Below, piece by piece: positions 26,730 to 36,123 of a stretch of 64,000 nt of DNA. The notes under the pieces are model-generated. The model saw nothing but the letters and a program-made list of their open reading frames with translations, was not told the DNA's origin and did no database searches. The stretch lies in assembly GCA_024655825.1 (NCBI GenBank), contig JANLFJ010000004.1:15158-79157 (forward strand), read 5' to 3'. Within the stretch, counting starts at the first letter, position 1, and every line of letters begins with the position of its first letter. The position numbers and the translations under genes are program-made. Origin of the DNA: Peptococcaceae bacterium (GTDB lineage: Bacteria; Bacillota; Peptococcia; DRI-13; PHAD01).

Positions 26730-29396
26730 TCACCCTGTCAAAGTCGCTATCCTTTCTTCGACCGCTTCTTTCTTTTTCCTGCAATCCCGCAGCTTTTCCC
26801 TCTCTTTTTCAACCACCTCCGCCGGGGCACGGGACGTGAACCCGGGATTGTCCAGTTTGCTTTCCAGCCTCCCGACCTCTTTTTCGTAATTCTCCAGCTC
26901 TTTTTGGAGACGGGCAAGTTCTTTCTCGATGTCGACAAGGCCCTTCAAGGGGAGGTACACTGCAGCCCCGCTGACCACTGAAGCCACCGCCTGGACGGGC
27001 TTTTCCCCCCGGTCAGCCAGCAGGACCAGCCGCGAGACGTTTCCCAGGTTGACGATGTAGTCCTGACCGGCGCGCAGGGTTTCGGCCGCCTCATCCTCCT
27101 GCGCCGCCAGGACCACTTCGGCTTTTTTCCCCGGCGCGACATTCATTTCGCTTCTCAAGTTGCGGATGGCCCGGACCACTTCCATGATGAGATTCATCCG
27201 CCGTTCTGCAGTCTCGTCCAGCTCGCTTGCTTCCCCTCCAGGCCATTTGGCCAGCATAATCGTTTTTCCCTCATGGGGCAGGAGCTGCCAGATCTCCTCC
27301 GTGATAAACGGCATAAAGGGATGAAGCAGCTCCAGGGTCTGTCTTAATGTCCGGGCCAGCACATACTGGGCTGTTTTTTTGCTTTCCGCTGTCTCTTTCC
27401 CGTAGAGACGCGGTTTGACCAGCTCAATATACCAGTCGCAGAACTCATCCCAGAGGAAATCATAAAGCGCGCGCGCCGCTTCGCCCAGTTCATAACGTTC
27501 CAGGTTGCGCGTAACCTCCAGCGCCGCCCGGTTGAAGCGGCTCCTGATCCAGCGGTCCGCCAGGGTGAGGTGCTGCGGGACGAAGCCGGTGTCGAAATCT
27601 TTCAGGTTCATCAGCGCGAACCGGCAAGCATTCCAGATCTTATTGGCAAAGTTGCGGACACCCTCCAGCCGCTCCGTCTGGAAGCGCAGGTCATTTCCCG
27701 GCGTGTTGCCGGTGACGAGCATGAAACGCAGGGTGTCGGCCCCGTACTGGTCAATCACCTCGATAGGGTCCACGCCGTTGCCCAGGGACTTGCTCATCTT
27801 CCTCCCCAGGGCATCCAGGATCAGGCCGTGGATGAACACTTCCCGGAAAGGCACACCGGGCATGAACTCCACCCCGGAAACAATCATCCGCGCCACCCAG
27901 AAAAAGATGATGTCGCGTCCTGTCACCAGGACCGAAGTAGGGTAATAGCACTCCAGTTCCAGCGTTTGGTCAGGCCAGCCCATGGTGGAAAACGGCCACA
28001 AACCCGAACTGAACCAGGTGTCCAGCACGTCGGGGTCCTGTTCCAGGCGGCTTTGGCCGCATTTCGGGCAGGACTTCGGTTCTTCCTTGGAGCAGATCAG
28101 CTCCTCGCAGTCCCGGCAGTACCAGACCGGTATGCGGTGCCCCCACCACAGCTGCCGGCTGATGCACCAGTCGCGTATATTTTCCATCCAGTTGAGATAA
28201 ATCCTGGTGAACCGTTCGGGTACAAACCTGATCCGCCCGTCCAGCACGCAGTCGATGGCCGGCTTGGCCAGCGGCTTCATCTTTACAAACCACTGCTTGG
28301 AAATCCTCGGTTCCACCACCGTGTCGCAGCGGTAGCACTGGCCGATCGAATGTTCGTGCTCCTCCACCTTCACTAAGAAGCCAAGCGCCTCCAGGTCACG
28401 GACTATCCTTTCCCTGGCTTCATAGCGGTCCAAGCCCCGGTACGAACCGGCGTTTTCATTCATCCTGGCCTGGCTGTCCAGGACAGTAATCTGTTCAAGA
28501 TCATGGCGCAACCCCATTTCAAAATCGTTGGGGTCATGGCCGGGAGTAACTTTAACCGCCCCCGTGCCAAACTCCCTGTCAACATACTCATCGGCAATAA
28601 CCGGGATCGGCCTGTTCATCAAGGGAAGGAGAACCATCTTGCCTACCAGGCGGGTGTAGCGTTCATCCTGGGGGTGAACGGCCACCGCCGTATCGCCCAG
28701 CATCGTTTCCGGGCGCGTGGTAGCCACCATCACCGCCTCGTCGCTGCCGATTACGGGATACTTGATGTACCAGAGCTTTCCCTTTTGCGGTTCATGCTCT
28801 ACTTCGATGTCGGAAATGGTTGTCTGGCATTTGGGGCACCAGTTGACAATATAGTCTCCCCGGTAAATGAGCCCTTTTTCAAAGAGACGGACAAAGACCT
28901 CTTTCACCGCCCGGGAACAGCCTTCATCCAGGGTGAACCGCTCCCGCTCCCAATCGCACGACGTGCCCAGTTTTCTCAGCTGCTTCGTAATGCGGTCCCC
29001 GTATTGTTCTTTCCACTCCCAGACGCGCTCCAAAAATTTCTCGCGCCCCAGGTCGTGCTTGTTAAGGTTCTCGGCCGCCAGCTGTTCCTCCACCCTGGCC
29101 TGGGTAGCAATACCGGCATGGTCCGTACCCGGCAGCCACAGGGTGTGATAACCCTGCATTCGTCTCCAGCGGGCCAGGATGTCCTGCAGGGTATTGTCCA
29201 GGGCGTGGCCCAGGTGCAGCGAACCGGTCACGTTGGGAGGCGGCATCACAATCGAGAAGGTCCTTCCCTCTTCCCTGGCCTTCTTCACTTCCTCGCTTGC
29301 TTCAGCATGAAAGAACCCGTTTTTCTCCCAGAAGCTGTACCATTTTTCTTCCACCTGTGATGGGTCATAGGTTTTGGCCAGCTCTTTTTCAGTCAT
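26730..29396 (-). CDS. valS: Valine--tRNA ligase
   Basis: The HIGH-type motif is SLHLGHAL and the KMSKS motif is GRKMSKSLGN. There is a C-terminal coiled coil. The start is set at MTEKELAK (ATG 29396); the upstream ATGGAGGG is the RBS. Confidence 0.96.
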   Translation of the reverse strand: MTEKELAKTYDPSQVEEKWYSFWEKNGFFHAEASEEVKKAREEGRTFSIVMPPPNVTGSLHLGHALDNTLQDILARWRRMQGYHTLWLPGTDHAGIATQARVEEQLAAENLNKHDLGREKFLERVWEWKEQYGDRITKQLRKLGTSCDWERERFTLDEGCSRAVKEVFVRLFEKGLIYRGDYIVNWCPKCQTTISDIEVEHEPQKGKLWYIKYPVIGSDEAVMVATTRPETMLGDTAVAVHPQDERYTRLVGKMVLLPLMNRPIPVIADEYVDREFGTGAVKVTPGHDPNDFEMGLRHDLEQITVLDSQARMNENAGSYRGLDRYEARERIVRDLEALGFLVKVEEHEHSIGQCYRCDTVVEPRISKQWFVKMKPLAKPAIDCVLDGRIRFVPERFTRIYLNWMENIRDWCISRQLWWGHRIPVWYCRDCEELICSKEEPKSCPKCGQSRLEQDPDVLDTWFSSGLWPFSTMGWPDQTLELECYYPTSVLVTGRDIIFFWVARMIVSGVEFMPGVPFREVFIHGLILDALGRKMSKSLGNGVDPIEVIDQYGADTLRFMLVTGNTPGNDLRFQTERLEGVRNFANKIWNACRFALMNLKDFDTGFVPQHLTLADRWIRSRFNRAALEVTRNLERYELGEAARALYDFLWDEFCDWYIELVKPRLYGKETAESKKTAQYVLARTLRQTLELLHPFMPFITEEIWQLLPHEGKTIMLAKWPGGEASELDETAERRMNLIMEVVRAIRNLRSEMNVAPGKKAEVVLAAQEDEAAETLRAGQDYIVNLGNVSRLVLLADRGEKPVQAVASVVSGAAVYLPLKGLVDIEKELARLQKELENYEKEVGRLESKLDNPGFTSRAPAEVVEKEREKLRDCRKKKEAVEERIATLTG

Positions 29397-29443
29397 GGTT
29401 ACAGTTCCCTCCATTTTGGTTGGTAGTTGTCAACCGGCAGCAA

Positions 29444-29725
29444 CTAAAAAACCTCCCGTCTAATACGATTTAAAGGACGGAAGGGACTGTTTCCGCGGTA
29501 CCACCTTAATTCCCGCGCGGCAGGTTTTATGCCCTGCACTCCGCGAGCTCTCGAAATGAGTTAACGGTCATTGACCGGCGGTATCTAACTGGTCCCAGTT
29601 TTAACACCGCACCTCCCGGGTGACCCAAAGCCCGCGCTTGCCCTGGCAAGCCTTGCAGCCCGGGGCTCGCCTCTCTGGAGGGGTCACGGCTTTTTTCCCG
29701 TTCAAAGGTTTTAGGGTATATTTTC
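29444..29725 (-). promoter_or_regulatory. T-box leader (tRNA-sensing riboswitch) of valS, including its terminator
   Basis: The minus strand carries the T-box sequence AATTAAGGTGGTACCGCGG (around 29493-29511). An AGAGA box and a distal-loop-like ACTGGGA are also present. The terminator is CCCTTCCGTC...GACGGGAGG plus TTTTTT (29444-29485). A candidate specifier is GUC (Val) followed by A at 29573-29575. Confidence 0.85.
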
Positions 29726-29731
29726 TCTATC

Positions 29732-29760
29732 ATCTTACTCATTAATAAAGTACTTGTCAA
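29732..29760 (-). promoter_or_regulatory. Promoter of the valS leader
   Basis: The minus strand reads TTGACA (29760-29755), a 17-nt spacer, then TAAGAT (29737-29732). Confidence 0.65.
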
Positions 29761-29865
29761 GAAATCCTGGAGCCATAGTCCGTACTAACCGCAAACAGTC
29801 CCGAATATATTTCAATTAGGCACAGCATATATGACCATTTAAGGTTTAAACGCCGGGAGGACTGT

Positions 29866-30855
29866 ATGGCTGGTAAAAAGATGCTGGTTATTGTTTTGGC
29901 ACTGGCGCTGGGACTCATTAACGGCTGCGCAAAAAGGGAACCAGGAAAAGAAAAAGCAGCCCTGAATATAACCGAAGCCTATCATTCAGTACTCAATATG
30001 CCGGTCTACATCGCGATCGAAGCGGGCTTTTTTCAAAAAGAAGGGCTCGCTGTTCATTTAACCACCGCCTGGTCGCAGGAAAAGGCGTTCCAGCAGCTGG
30101 TCTCCGGCTCTTCCCCACTTGTGCTGGGAAGTCCTGAAAGCCTGTTTTATCACCTCCAGCAGGGAAACAAAGTCCCGCTGACCTACCTTGCCCAGACCGC
30201 GTGCCAAAGCGGCTATTACCTGGTCGCCAGGCCCGGCGAGAAACCGTTTTCCTGGCAGGACCTGAAAGGCAAAACCGTGATCGGAAGCCAGGGAGGGGAA
30301 CTCCAGCAGGTCATCTTCGAATACCTGCTGAAAAAAAACGACCTGCGGCCCCATCTCGACGTCCACTTGATCCAGAACCTGCCCGGCGAGCTCAGCCTGG
30401 GAGCCTTCCAGGCGGGCACTGGTCATTTCCTGATAGCCGCGGAACCCGCCGCGGCCAGGGCGGAAAAAGAATACAGCTGCCGGGCCGTCGCGACCCTCGA
30501 CGTTCTGCCCGGCCCCCTGGTCACCGGAACCGTGATGACCACCCTTGATTACTTTGAAAAAAACAGGGAAACCTGCGCCAGGTTCGTCAGGGCCATCGAC
30601 CTCGCGCTCAAGTGGTTGAACGAGCACACGCCGGAGGATATTGTCGCCGCCAGCCAAAAAGCCTTTTCGCAGGAGGATGAAAAAGTCCTGTTGCGAGCGG
30701 TAAGCCGTTATAAAACCCTGGGCTTATGGCCCCTTTCAACCGCCATCCACCGGGAAGGCCTGGACAACCTGCAGGACATCATGCTGGAAAGAAAAGAGCT
30801 GAACGAAAAAATACCTGTTGACAGCCTGTTGATATACCTGGGAGGCGCCTGGTAA
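29866..30855 (+). CDS. Lipoprotein, ABC-transporter substrate-binding protein (NMT1/SsuA/TauA-like); orphan
   Basis: 329 aa with the lipobox LINGCA. It has a periplasmic-binding-protein-type two-lobe composition. No permease or ATPase gene is adjacent. Confidence 0.6.
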   Translation: MAGKKMLVIVLALALGLINGCAKREPGKEKAALNITEAYHSVLNMPVYIAIEAGFFQKEGLAVHLTTAWSQEKAFQQLVSGSSPLVLGSPESLFYHLQQGNKVPLTYLAQTACQSGYYLVARPGEKPFSWQDLKGKTVIGSQGGELQQVIFEYLLKKNDLRPHLDVHLIQNLPGELSLGAFQAGTGHFLIAAEPAAARAEKEYSCRAVATLDVLPGPLVTGTVMTTLDYFEKNRETCARFVRAIDLALKWLNEHTPEDIVAASQKAFSQEDEKVLLRAVSRYKTLGLWPLSTAIHREGLDNLQDIMLERKELNEKIPVDSLLIYLGGAW

Positions 30856-31499
30856 AGGTAGTGCTTCCCGTTTGCCACCGCAGTTTTCTCGTCAATTGTA
30901 TAACAGCCCCATTCATAAGCCTGCCCCCACAGGCTGTAAATCCATTTTCGCCAAAGGTGGTAATTTATCCCGACCTTCTGTCTTTTAACGCGAATGGGAA
31001 CCATGGCCGCTTCCCCCAGCTCCTTGATATAGCGGTATGTAAACTTCATTACATACGGCATGGTAAACTCCCCGGTCCCCCTGATCGCGCTTTCGAACAG
31101 TAAGGCGGCCGCTTCTTCCGCCGGGCAGTATTTGTCCCTGGCTGACCTGGAGTAATACTCGTTAAAGTCAAACTTATCCCCGAGCATTCTTTCCATTTCA
31201 TCCCACCCTGTGGAACCCCTGGGAAGATAATACTTCTGCATCAAACAGCTCAATTTATAAACCATCGAGTTTAGACGTGCTTTGACCGCCGCTTCTCCGA
31301 AGAGACTGCGGCAGGTATCGATCCCCGGATCGTAAATCTGATAAACGTAAGCCGGCGACTTTTTTATCTTGAAAACTTTACCCAGGTAAACTTCTACAAA
31401 GTCAAGGGCCCGTTCGTAGTCCATGTTAGCCTTCTCCAAAACTTTGAATACGTGTTCCGAAAACGAAGCCAGGTTTTGCGACGAACCGAAGACTTTCAC
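30708..31499 (-). CDS. Hypothetical protein; its 3' end runs ~148 nt antisense into the SBP gene
   Basis: 263-aa ORF divergent from the XRE-S24 repressor. No domain recognised. The last ~49 codons (APPRYINRLSTGIFSF...) overlap 30708-30855 of the convergent gene and look like a read-through tail. Confidence 0.5.
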   Translation of the reverse strand: MKVFGSSQNLASFSEHVFKVLEKANMDYERALDFVEVYLGKVFKIKKSPAYVYQIYDPGIDTCRSLFGEAAVKARLNSMVYKLSCLMQKYYLPRGSTGWDEMERMLGDKFDFNEYYSRSARDKYCPAEEAAALLFESAIRGTGEFTMPYVMKFTYRYIKELGEAAMVPIRVKRQKVGINYHLWRKWIYSLWGQAYEWGCYTIDEKTAVANGKHYLYQAPPRYINRLSTGIFSFSSFLSSMMSCRLSRPSRWMAVERGHKPRVL

Positions 31500-31678
31500 C
31501 TGCGGGTACCCCCTTGCATGGGTTTTTGATTTCTTTACGCCAAATATTTTATGCCTTAATGCTGCGTTATGTCAAATAAATATTGTATAACAATACATTT
31601 AGCAATTGCCAATGTTGAGTACCTGTTCTTTACGTCCTGCAAAGATATAATAAAAATTGAAGGAAGGGGGAAAATCCA

Positions 31679-32353
31679 GTGAATTTTGGTAATAGATTGA
31701 AGCTTTTGCGCCAGGAAAAAGGCATGACGCAGTCCCAGCTAGCCTCAAGTTTTAATCTGGCTGAATCAACCGTCTCGCTCTATGAATTGGGCAGAAGAAC
31801 CCCCGATTATGAAATGTTGATAAAATTTGCCAATTTCTTCAACGTTACCGTTGATTACCTGTTGGGGAATGCTGAAGAAAGACGACCGCCGGTCAGTTTC
31901 CGGGAAGACGGCGAGCAGTACGATCCGGAAAAGAAAGACGCGTATCCTCCCGCCAGGCTCCCGGTCGTCACCGCCGTCAGGGCAGGTCCCCGGGGAGTCG
32001 TGTTTGAAAAGGAACCCGCCGCGGAATGGGTCTCCGGAATAAATGTCAGCGACGGCAATTTTTTCTGGCTGAAAGCGAAGGATGATGCCATGAGCGGCCA
32101 CGGCATCCTGCCAGGCGACTTTATCCTGATCAGGGAGCAGTCAGAGCTTGAGTACGGCGAAATGGGCTTGATCCTGATCCCCGGTGAAGAGGGATGCATC
32201 CGGCGGTATTATAAAAATAAGGACAGCATCGTGCTGCTGCCTTCCAATCCATACACTCCTCCCCGCATTTTCACGGGAAAGGAGCGTGCCGGAATAAGGG
32301 TTGTGGGAAAGGTGGTCCAAATCAGGAGGACATACCAGCCCGACCCTGTTTAA
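31679..32353 (+). CDS. CI/LexA-like repressor: XRE-family HTH plus S24 self-cleaving peptidase domain
   Basis: 224 aa with a GTG start after GAAGGAAGGGGG. The HTH is LKLLRQEKGMTQSQLASSFNLAESTVSLYELGRRTP. The S24 part has the Ser region DDAMSG and the Lys region VVGKVV. Confidence 0.8.
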   Translation: MNFGNRLKLLRQEKGMTQSQLASSFNLAESTVSLYELGRRTPDYEMLIKFANFFNVTVDYLLGNAEERRPPVSFREDGEQYDPEKKDAYPPARLPVVTAVRAGPRGVVFEKEPAAEWVSGINVSDGNFFWLKAKDDAMSGHGILPGDFILIREQSELEYGEMGLILIPGEEGCIRRYYKNKDSIVLLPSNPYTPPRIFTGKERAGIRVVGKVVQIRRTYQPDPV

Positions 32354-32364
32354 TCTTTGCCTCT

Positions 32365-33549
32365 TTACCATCCATAGTCCCTGATTAATCCCCCCAGGAT
32401 TTCAATTCCCCGGTGGATCTGTTCCGGAGTGCTGCCGGAAAAGCTGAGCCGCAGCGAATTTTGGCCGCCGTCACGGGTAAAGAATGCTTTCCCCGGAACA
32501 AAGGCCATCCCCCGCAGTATCGCTTCCGGCAAAGCCTTGCCGCTGTCAAAAGCTCCCGGCAGGCGCACCCAGATGAAAAAACCTCCCCGCGGCCGCGTCC
32601 ACTCCGCTTGTCTTGGCAAATGCCTCTTCAGCGCTTCCAGCATGGCGTCGCGCTTTCTCAGATAACCGGCGCGGATGTTTTCCAAATGGGGTTCTAGACA
32701 GCCTCGGCTCAAGAACTCGCAGACGATCCGCTGGGATAGATTGGATGTATGAACATCCAGCACCTGTTTGACCACGGCCGCTTTTGCCCTGGTCTCCCGG
32801 TCGGCGACCATGTACCCGACCCGCAGCCCGGGAGAAATTATTTTTGAAAAGCTGCCCAGGTAAACGACCCGGCCTTTCCTGTCCAGGGACTTTAAAGCCG
32901 GGGGTTCTTCCCCTTCGTAGCACAAGTCGCCGTAGGCGTTGTCCTCGATGAGGTGAAAGCCGTGTTCTTCGGCCAGGCGCAGCAGCCGCTCCCGGCGGTC
33001 CACGCCCAGCGATACCCCGGTCGGGTTTTGAAAAGTGGCCACGGTGTAAACGAACTTTGGCCGGCAGGCGGCCAGCGATTTTTCCAAAACGTCCACCTGC
33101 ATCCCCTCGCCATCGCAGGGTATGGGCAAAAACCGCACCCGGTACGAATTGAAGGTTTGCAGGGCCGTCAGGTAGGTTGGTTCCTCCACCGCCACCAAGT
33201 CCCCTTCCTCCAGGCACAATTTGCCTATCAAATCAAGAGCCTGCTGCGAGCCGGAAGTGATCAGGACCTCTGCCGGCGCGGCGGTTATTTTTTTGCTCTT
33301 TTGCAGCCAGGCGGAAATGTTTTCGAGCAACGGCCCGTACCCCGCTACCGGACCGTACTGCAGCACCCCCGTACCGTCCCTGGCCAGGATCTCGCCGGCC
33401 AGCATTTCCATCTCGCGCGCCGGCAGGCTGTCATTAGAGGGAAACCCGCCCGCGAAGGAAATGACTCCCGGCAGGTCGAGCATTTTGAAGATCTCGCGCG
33501 CCGCGGGATTTTCCATCTTTTCGAACCGTTCCGACGGTCTTAAAACCAC
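32365..33549 (-). CDS. Class I/II PLP-dependent aminotransferase (LysN/2-aminoadipate-aminotransferase-like); last gene of the 9-gene operon
   Basis: 394 aa. The PLP-lysine motif is SFSKIISPGLRVGY, and YGPVAGY and NPTG motifs are present. Confidence 0.8.
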   Translation of the reverse strand: MVLRPSERFEKMENPAAREIFKMLDLPGVISFAGGFPSNDSLPAREMEMLAGEILARDGTGVLQYGPVAGYGPLLENISAWLQKSKKITAAPAEVLITSGSQQALDLIGKLCLEEGDLVAVEEPTYLTALQTFNSYRVRFLPIPCDGEGMQVDVLEKSLAACRPKFVYTVATFQNPTGVSLGVDRRERLLRLAEEHGFHLIEDNAYGDLCYEGEEPPALKSLDRKGRVVYLGSFSKIISPGLRVGYMVADRETRAKAAVVKQVLDVHTSNLSQRIVCEFLSRGCLEPHLENIRAGYLRKRDAMLEALKRHLPRQAEWTRPRGGFFIWVRLPGAFDSGKALPEAILRGMAFVPGKAFFTRDGGQNSLRLSFSGSTPEQIHRGIEILGGLIRDYGW

Positions 33550-33555
33550 CCGCCG

Positions 33556-34557
33556 TCACTCCATTTCTTTTTGTTCTTTGAAGCCGCACTCGCCGTCATA
33601 TTCAAGCAGGACAAGGTTGTGGATCGTGTCATGGTTGTCCACCCGGCCTATGGTCCCGCTCCCGTAGAGCAGGAACTTGTCGCCTTTGTTAAAGCTCTGT
33701 CCGCGTATGGCATCGGCGTAGTTCATTATCGTGTCGACATCGGCCAGGTGTCCCCGCGACAGGTTGTTCAAAAACAGTTTGTTCATTCTTATTCCCGACA
33801 GCCTGGAAAACATGAAGTACCCGTGGCGGTTGATATTCAGGGGGATCAACAGCCGAACGTCCTCCAGCCCCAGTTTCTTTTTTTCCAGGAACAGCCGGGT
33901 AAATTCCGCTCCTTTCTTGATGTTCCCGGACAGGCCGAAGGAATCGCCTTTTTCCGGTATTTCATAGTACCGGTGGTAACTGAACCCGCCGTCGGAAATC
34001 GAGGCGGAACCGGCCAGCCTGGCCTGGCAGCCGTTTTTGCCGACAACCATCAAGCCCGCCCCGTCGCCGAGGATGCTCGTTCCCAAAAACCTTTCCTTCT
34101 CTGCGAATCCGTATACTATGGAGAGGATCAAAACATTTTCCGCCTTGCCGCTGTCGATAAGTGCACCGGCCAGCTCAATCGCCTGCAAAACCGATATGCA
34201 CTGCTGCTGGCAAAGGACCAGGGAAGCGTTGACTAGCCCGTACTTGGCCTGCAGCAAGTAGGGTATGCAGACATTGCCCCGCAGCAGGTTATACGAAGAC
34301 GTGTAGATGACATAGCCTATCTCTTCCGGTTTGCTGGCGCCGGCCGCAAAATAGCCGTCCAGAAGCAGGCTGAGCATCTCCACCTGGTCTTTTTTTCGTT
34401 CGATTGGCACCCTTTCCAGCCCGTTCTGGTTGACGAAAAAGTTGTAGACCTCGTCCCTGCTGATCCGCGGGTCTTCAATCTGTTCCAGGATTTTCGCCAC
34501 CTCCAGGGTGTCTTCCGGGAGGTAGTAACTGGCGTGAGTTATTCCGCTCATAAGCAC
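33556..34557 (-). CDS. KAS III (FabH)-like thiolase-fold enzyme with non-canonical active-site residues
   Basis: 333 aa and colinear with FabH. Cys is retained (CQQQCISVLQA versus AAACAGF), as is LGDGAG. The FabH VPHQAN position reads IPLNIN, and the GNTSAAS position reads RGHLADV. Confidence 0.7.
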   Translation of the reverse strand: MLMSGITHASYYLPEDTLEVAKILEQIEDPRISRDEVYNFFVNQNGLERVPIERKKDQVEMLSLLLDGYFAAGASKPEEIGYVIYTSSYNLLRGNVCIPYLLQAKYGLVNASLVLCQQQCISVLQAIELAGALIDSGKAENVLILSIVYGFAEKERFLGTSILGDGAGLMVVGKNGCQARLAGSASISDGGFSYHRYYEIPEKGDSFGLSGNIKKGAEFTRLFLEKKKLGLEDVRLLIPLNINRHGYFMFSRLSGIRMNKLFLNNLSRGHLADVDTIMNYADAIRGQSFNKGDKFLLYGSGTIGRVDNHDTIHNLVLLEYDGECGFKEQKEME

Positions 34558-34584
34558 ACCTCTTCATTTTGTCCCGGCTGTCTG

Positions 34585-36123
34585 CTAAAAAAGCGCAGCC
34601 AAGGCGCGTCGATCGATTTTGCCGGACTTATTCCTGGGTATTTCTGCGCCCGACAGGAAAAAAAACCTTTGGGGTATCATGTAACCCGGGAGTTTCCGCC
34701 GCAGGTAAGAAACCAGCTCTTCTGCCGGCAGTTCCCGGTCCTCTTGGCAAACGACGAAGGCTTTGAGCCGGGCGTTGAACAGGCCGTCTTCATCGGCCAG
34801 AACAATGGCGTCCCTTATGTTCTCATGGGCCAGCAGGGCCCGTTCCACCTCCGAAAGATATACCAGGTGCCCCCCCACCTTGACGGCGTCGTCCCTTCTT
34901 CCGATAAAAACATAGTTGCCGTCCTCATCAACCGTCACATAGTCGCCCGTCTTGTAGACCTTCTCCCCCCGCTGGACCGCGATTTCCACCAGCGCTTCCC
35001 CGGTCTTTTCCGGGTCGCCGCAGTAACCCTTCATGACCTGTATCCCGCCGATGTACAGCTCTCCGGTCTCCCCCGGCTGGACCGGCTGGCTGCGCTCGTT
35101 CAGGGCCCAGGCCTTCACGGTGGGCAGCGGTTTCCCGATGGGCAAAAAGCCGCCGGCACCTGGCGGCACCTGGTCGAAGATGTACAGCGTGGCGGAATGG
35201 GTCGTTTCCGTCGGCCCGTAACCGTGTATGAACCTTACCTGCGGGAGCAGCCGCTTCAATTCCCTGATCACCTCTGTCGGGCACGGCTCGGCGCCGTACC
35301 AGACAGTCCTCAGCCCGTCGAGCTTGTAGTCGCGAATGTTCGAAAAACGGCTGACCAGCAGCTTCAACATGGACGAGACCATCAGCGTATCGGTGATCCT
35401 GTGCTTGTGCAGGGCGTTGACAAGTTCATTGGGCCAAACAAATTTTTTCATTAAGAAAACTGTTCCGCCCGCCTTCAGCGTGCAAAACAGGTCAACTATC
35501 GAGGCGTCAAAATACAGGGGGCTCACATTCAAAAACCGCGTGTCTTGGGAATAACCGACCAGGTTTACAACCGTCTCGGTAAAGGCCGTTACGCTTTTGT
35601 GCCTGATCATTACCCCTTTGGGCCTGCCGGTGGAACCCGACGTATAGATGACGTAAGCGTTGTCTTCCTCGCTCCTTTTGAGCAACCGCCCGTTTGTGCC
35701 GCTCTTGCCGCCATCGCCGAAACCGTAGCAGTCATAACTGTCGTCATATTTATTTACGAGCAGAACATTTGCCGCGCGCGATATCCTGCTCAGCCTGTCC
35801 AGGCCGTCCGAATCAGTGATCACAAACTTCGGCCGGCAGTTTGAAATAATATGCTTCAACCTTTCGGGAGGTATCGCGTAGTCCACGGGCACATAGGCCG
35901 CCCCGCTCTTTAAAACTCCGAAAATGCTCACGACTGCTTCCAGGGATTTTTCCAGGAGTATTATGACGTTGTCGTTATATGACACGCCGTTTCCCTTGAG
36001 TAAAAAAGCCAGCCTGCCGCTATAATCGCCTAAATCCCGGTAACTCAACTCCCTGTCTTCCTGGACAACCGCCGCCTTTGGCCAGTCGGCTTTGTCGTCC
36101 AGGACCTGTTCCAAGTATTTCAC
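34585..36123 (-). CDS. Stand-alone adenylate-forming enzyme (DltA-like amino acid--carrier protein ligase)
   Basis: 512 aa. Core motifs are A3 YVIYTSGSTGRPKGV, A4 FDAS, A5 GYGPTE, A7 YKTGD, A8 GRRDDAVKVGG and A10 PRNKSGKIDR. There is no fused carrier domain. Confidence 0.88.
   Translation of the reverse strand: MKYLEQVLDDKADWPKAAVVQEDRELSYRDLGDYSGRLAFLLKGNGVSYNDNVIILLEKSLEAVVSIFGVLKSGAAYVPVDYAIPPERLKHIISNCRPKFVITDSDGLDRLSRISRAANVLLVNKYDDSYDCYGFGDGGKSGTNGRLLKRSEEDNAYVIYTSGSTGRPKGVMIRHKSVTAFTETVVNLVGYSQDTRFLNVSPLYFDASIVDLFCTLKAGGTVFLMKKFVWPNELVNALHKHRITDTLMVSSMLKLLVSRFSNIRDYKLDGLRTVWYGAEPCPTEVIRELKRLLPQVRFIHGYGPTETTHSATLYIFDQVPPGAGGFLPIGKPLPTVKAWALNERSQPVQPGETGELYIGGIQVMKGYCGDPEKTGEALVEIAVQRGEKVYKTGDYVTVDEDGNYVFIGRRDDAVKVGGHLVYLSEVERALLAHENIRDAIVLADEDGLFNARLKAFVVCQEDRELPAEELVSYLRRKLPGYMIPQRFFFLSGAEIPRNKSGKIDRRALAALF

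Noticed and set aside
29527-29760. 77-aa minus-strand ORF upstream of valS.
   Set aside because: It falls entirely inside the T-box leader RNA (promoter, Stem I, T-box sequence) and is not coding.
31610-31640. Possible Firmicute LexA (Cheo) box, GAGTACCTGTTCT, upstream of the XRE-S24 gene.
   Set aside because: Only the right half-site (TGTTC) matches CGAACnnnnGTTCG, and the left half is poor. The repressor also has an XRE HTH rather than a LexA DNA-binding domain.
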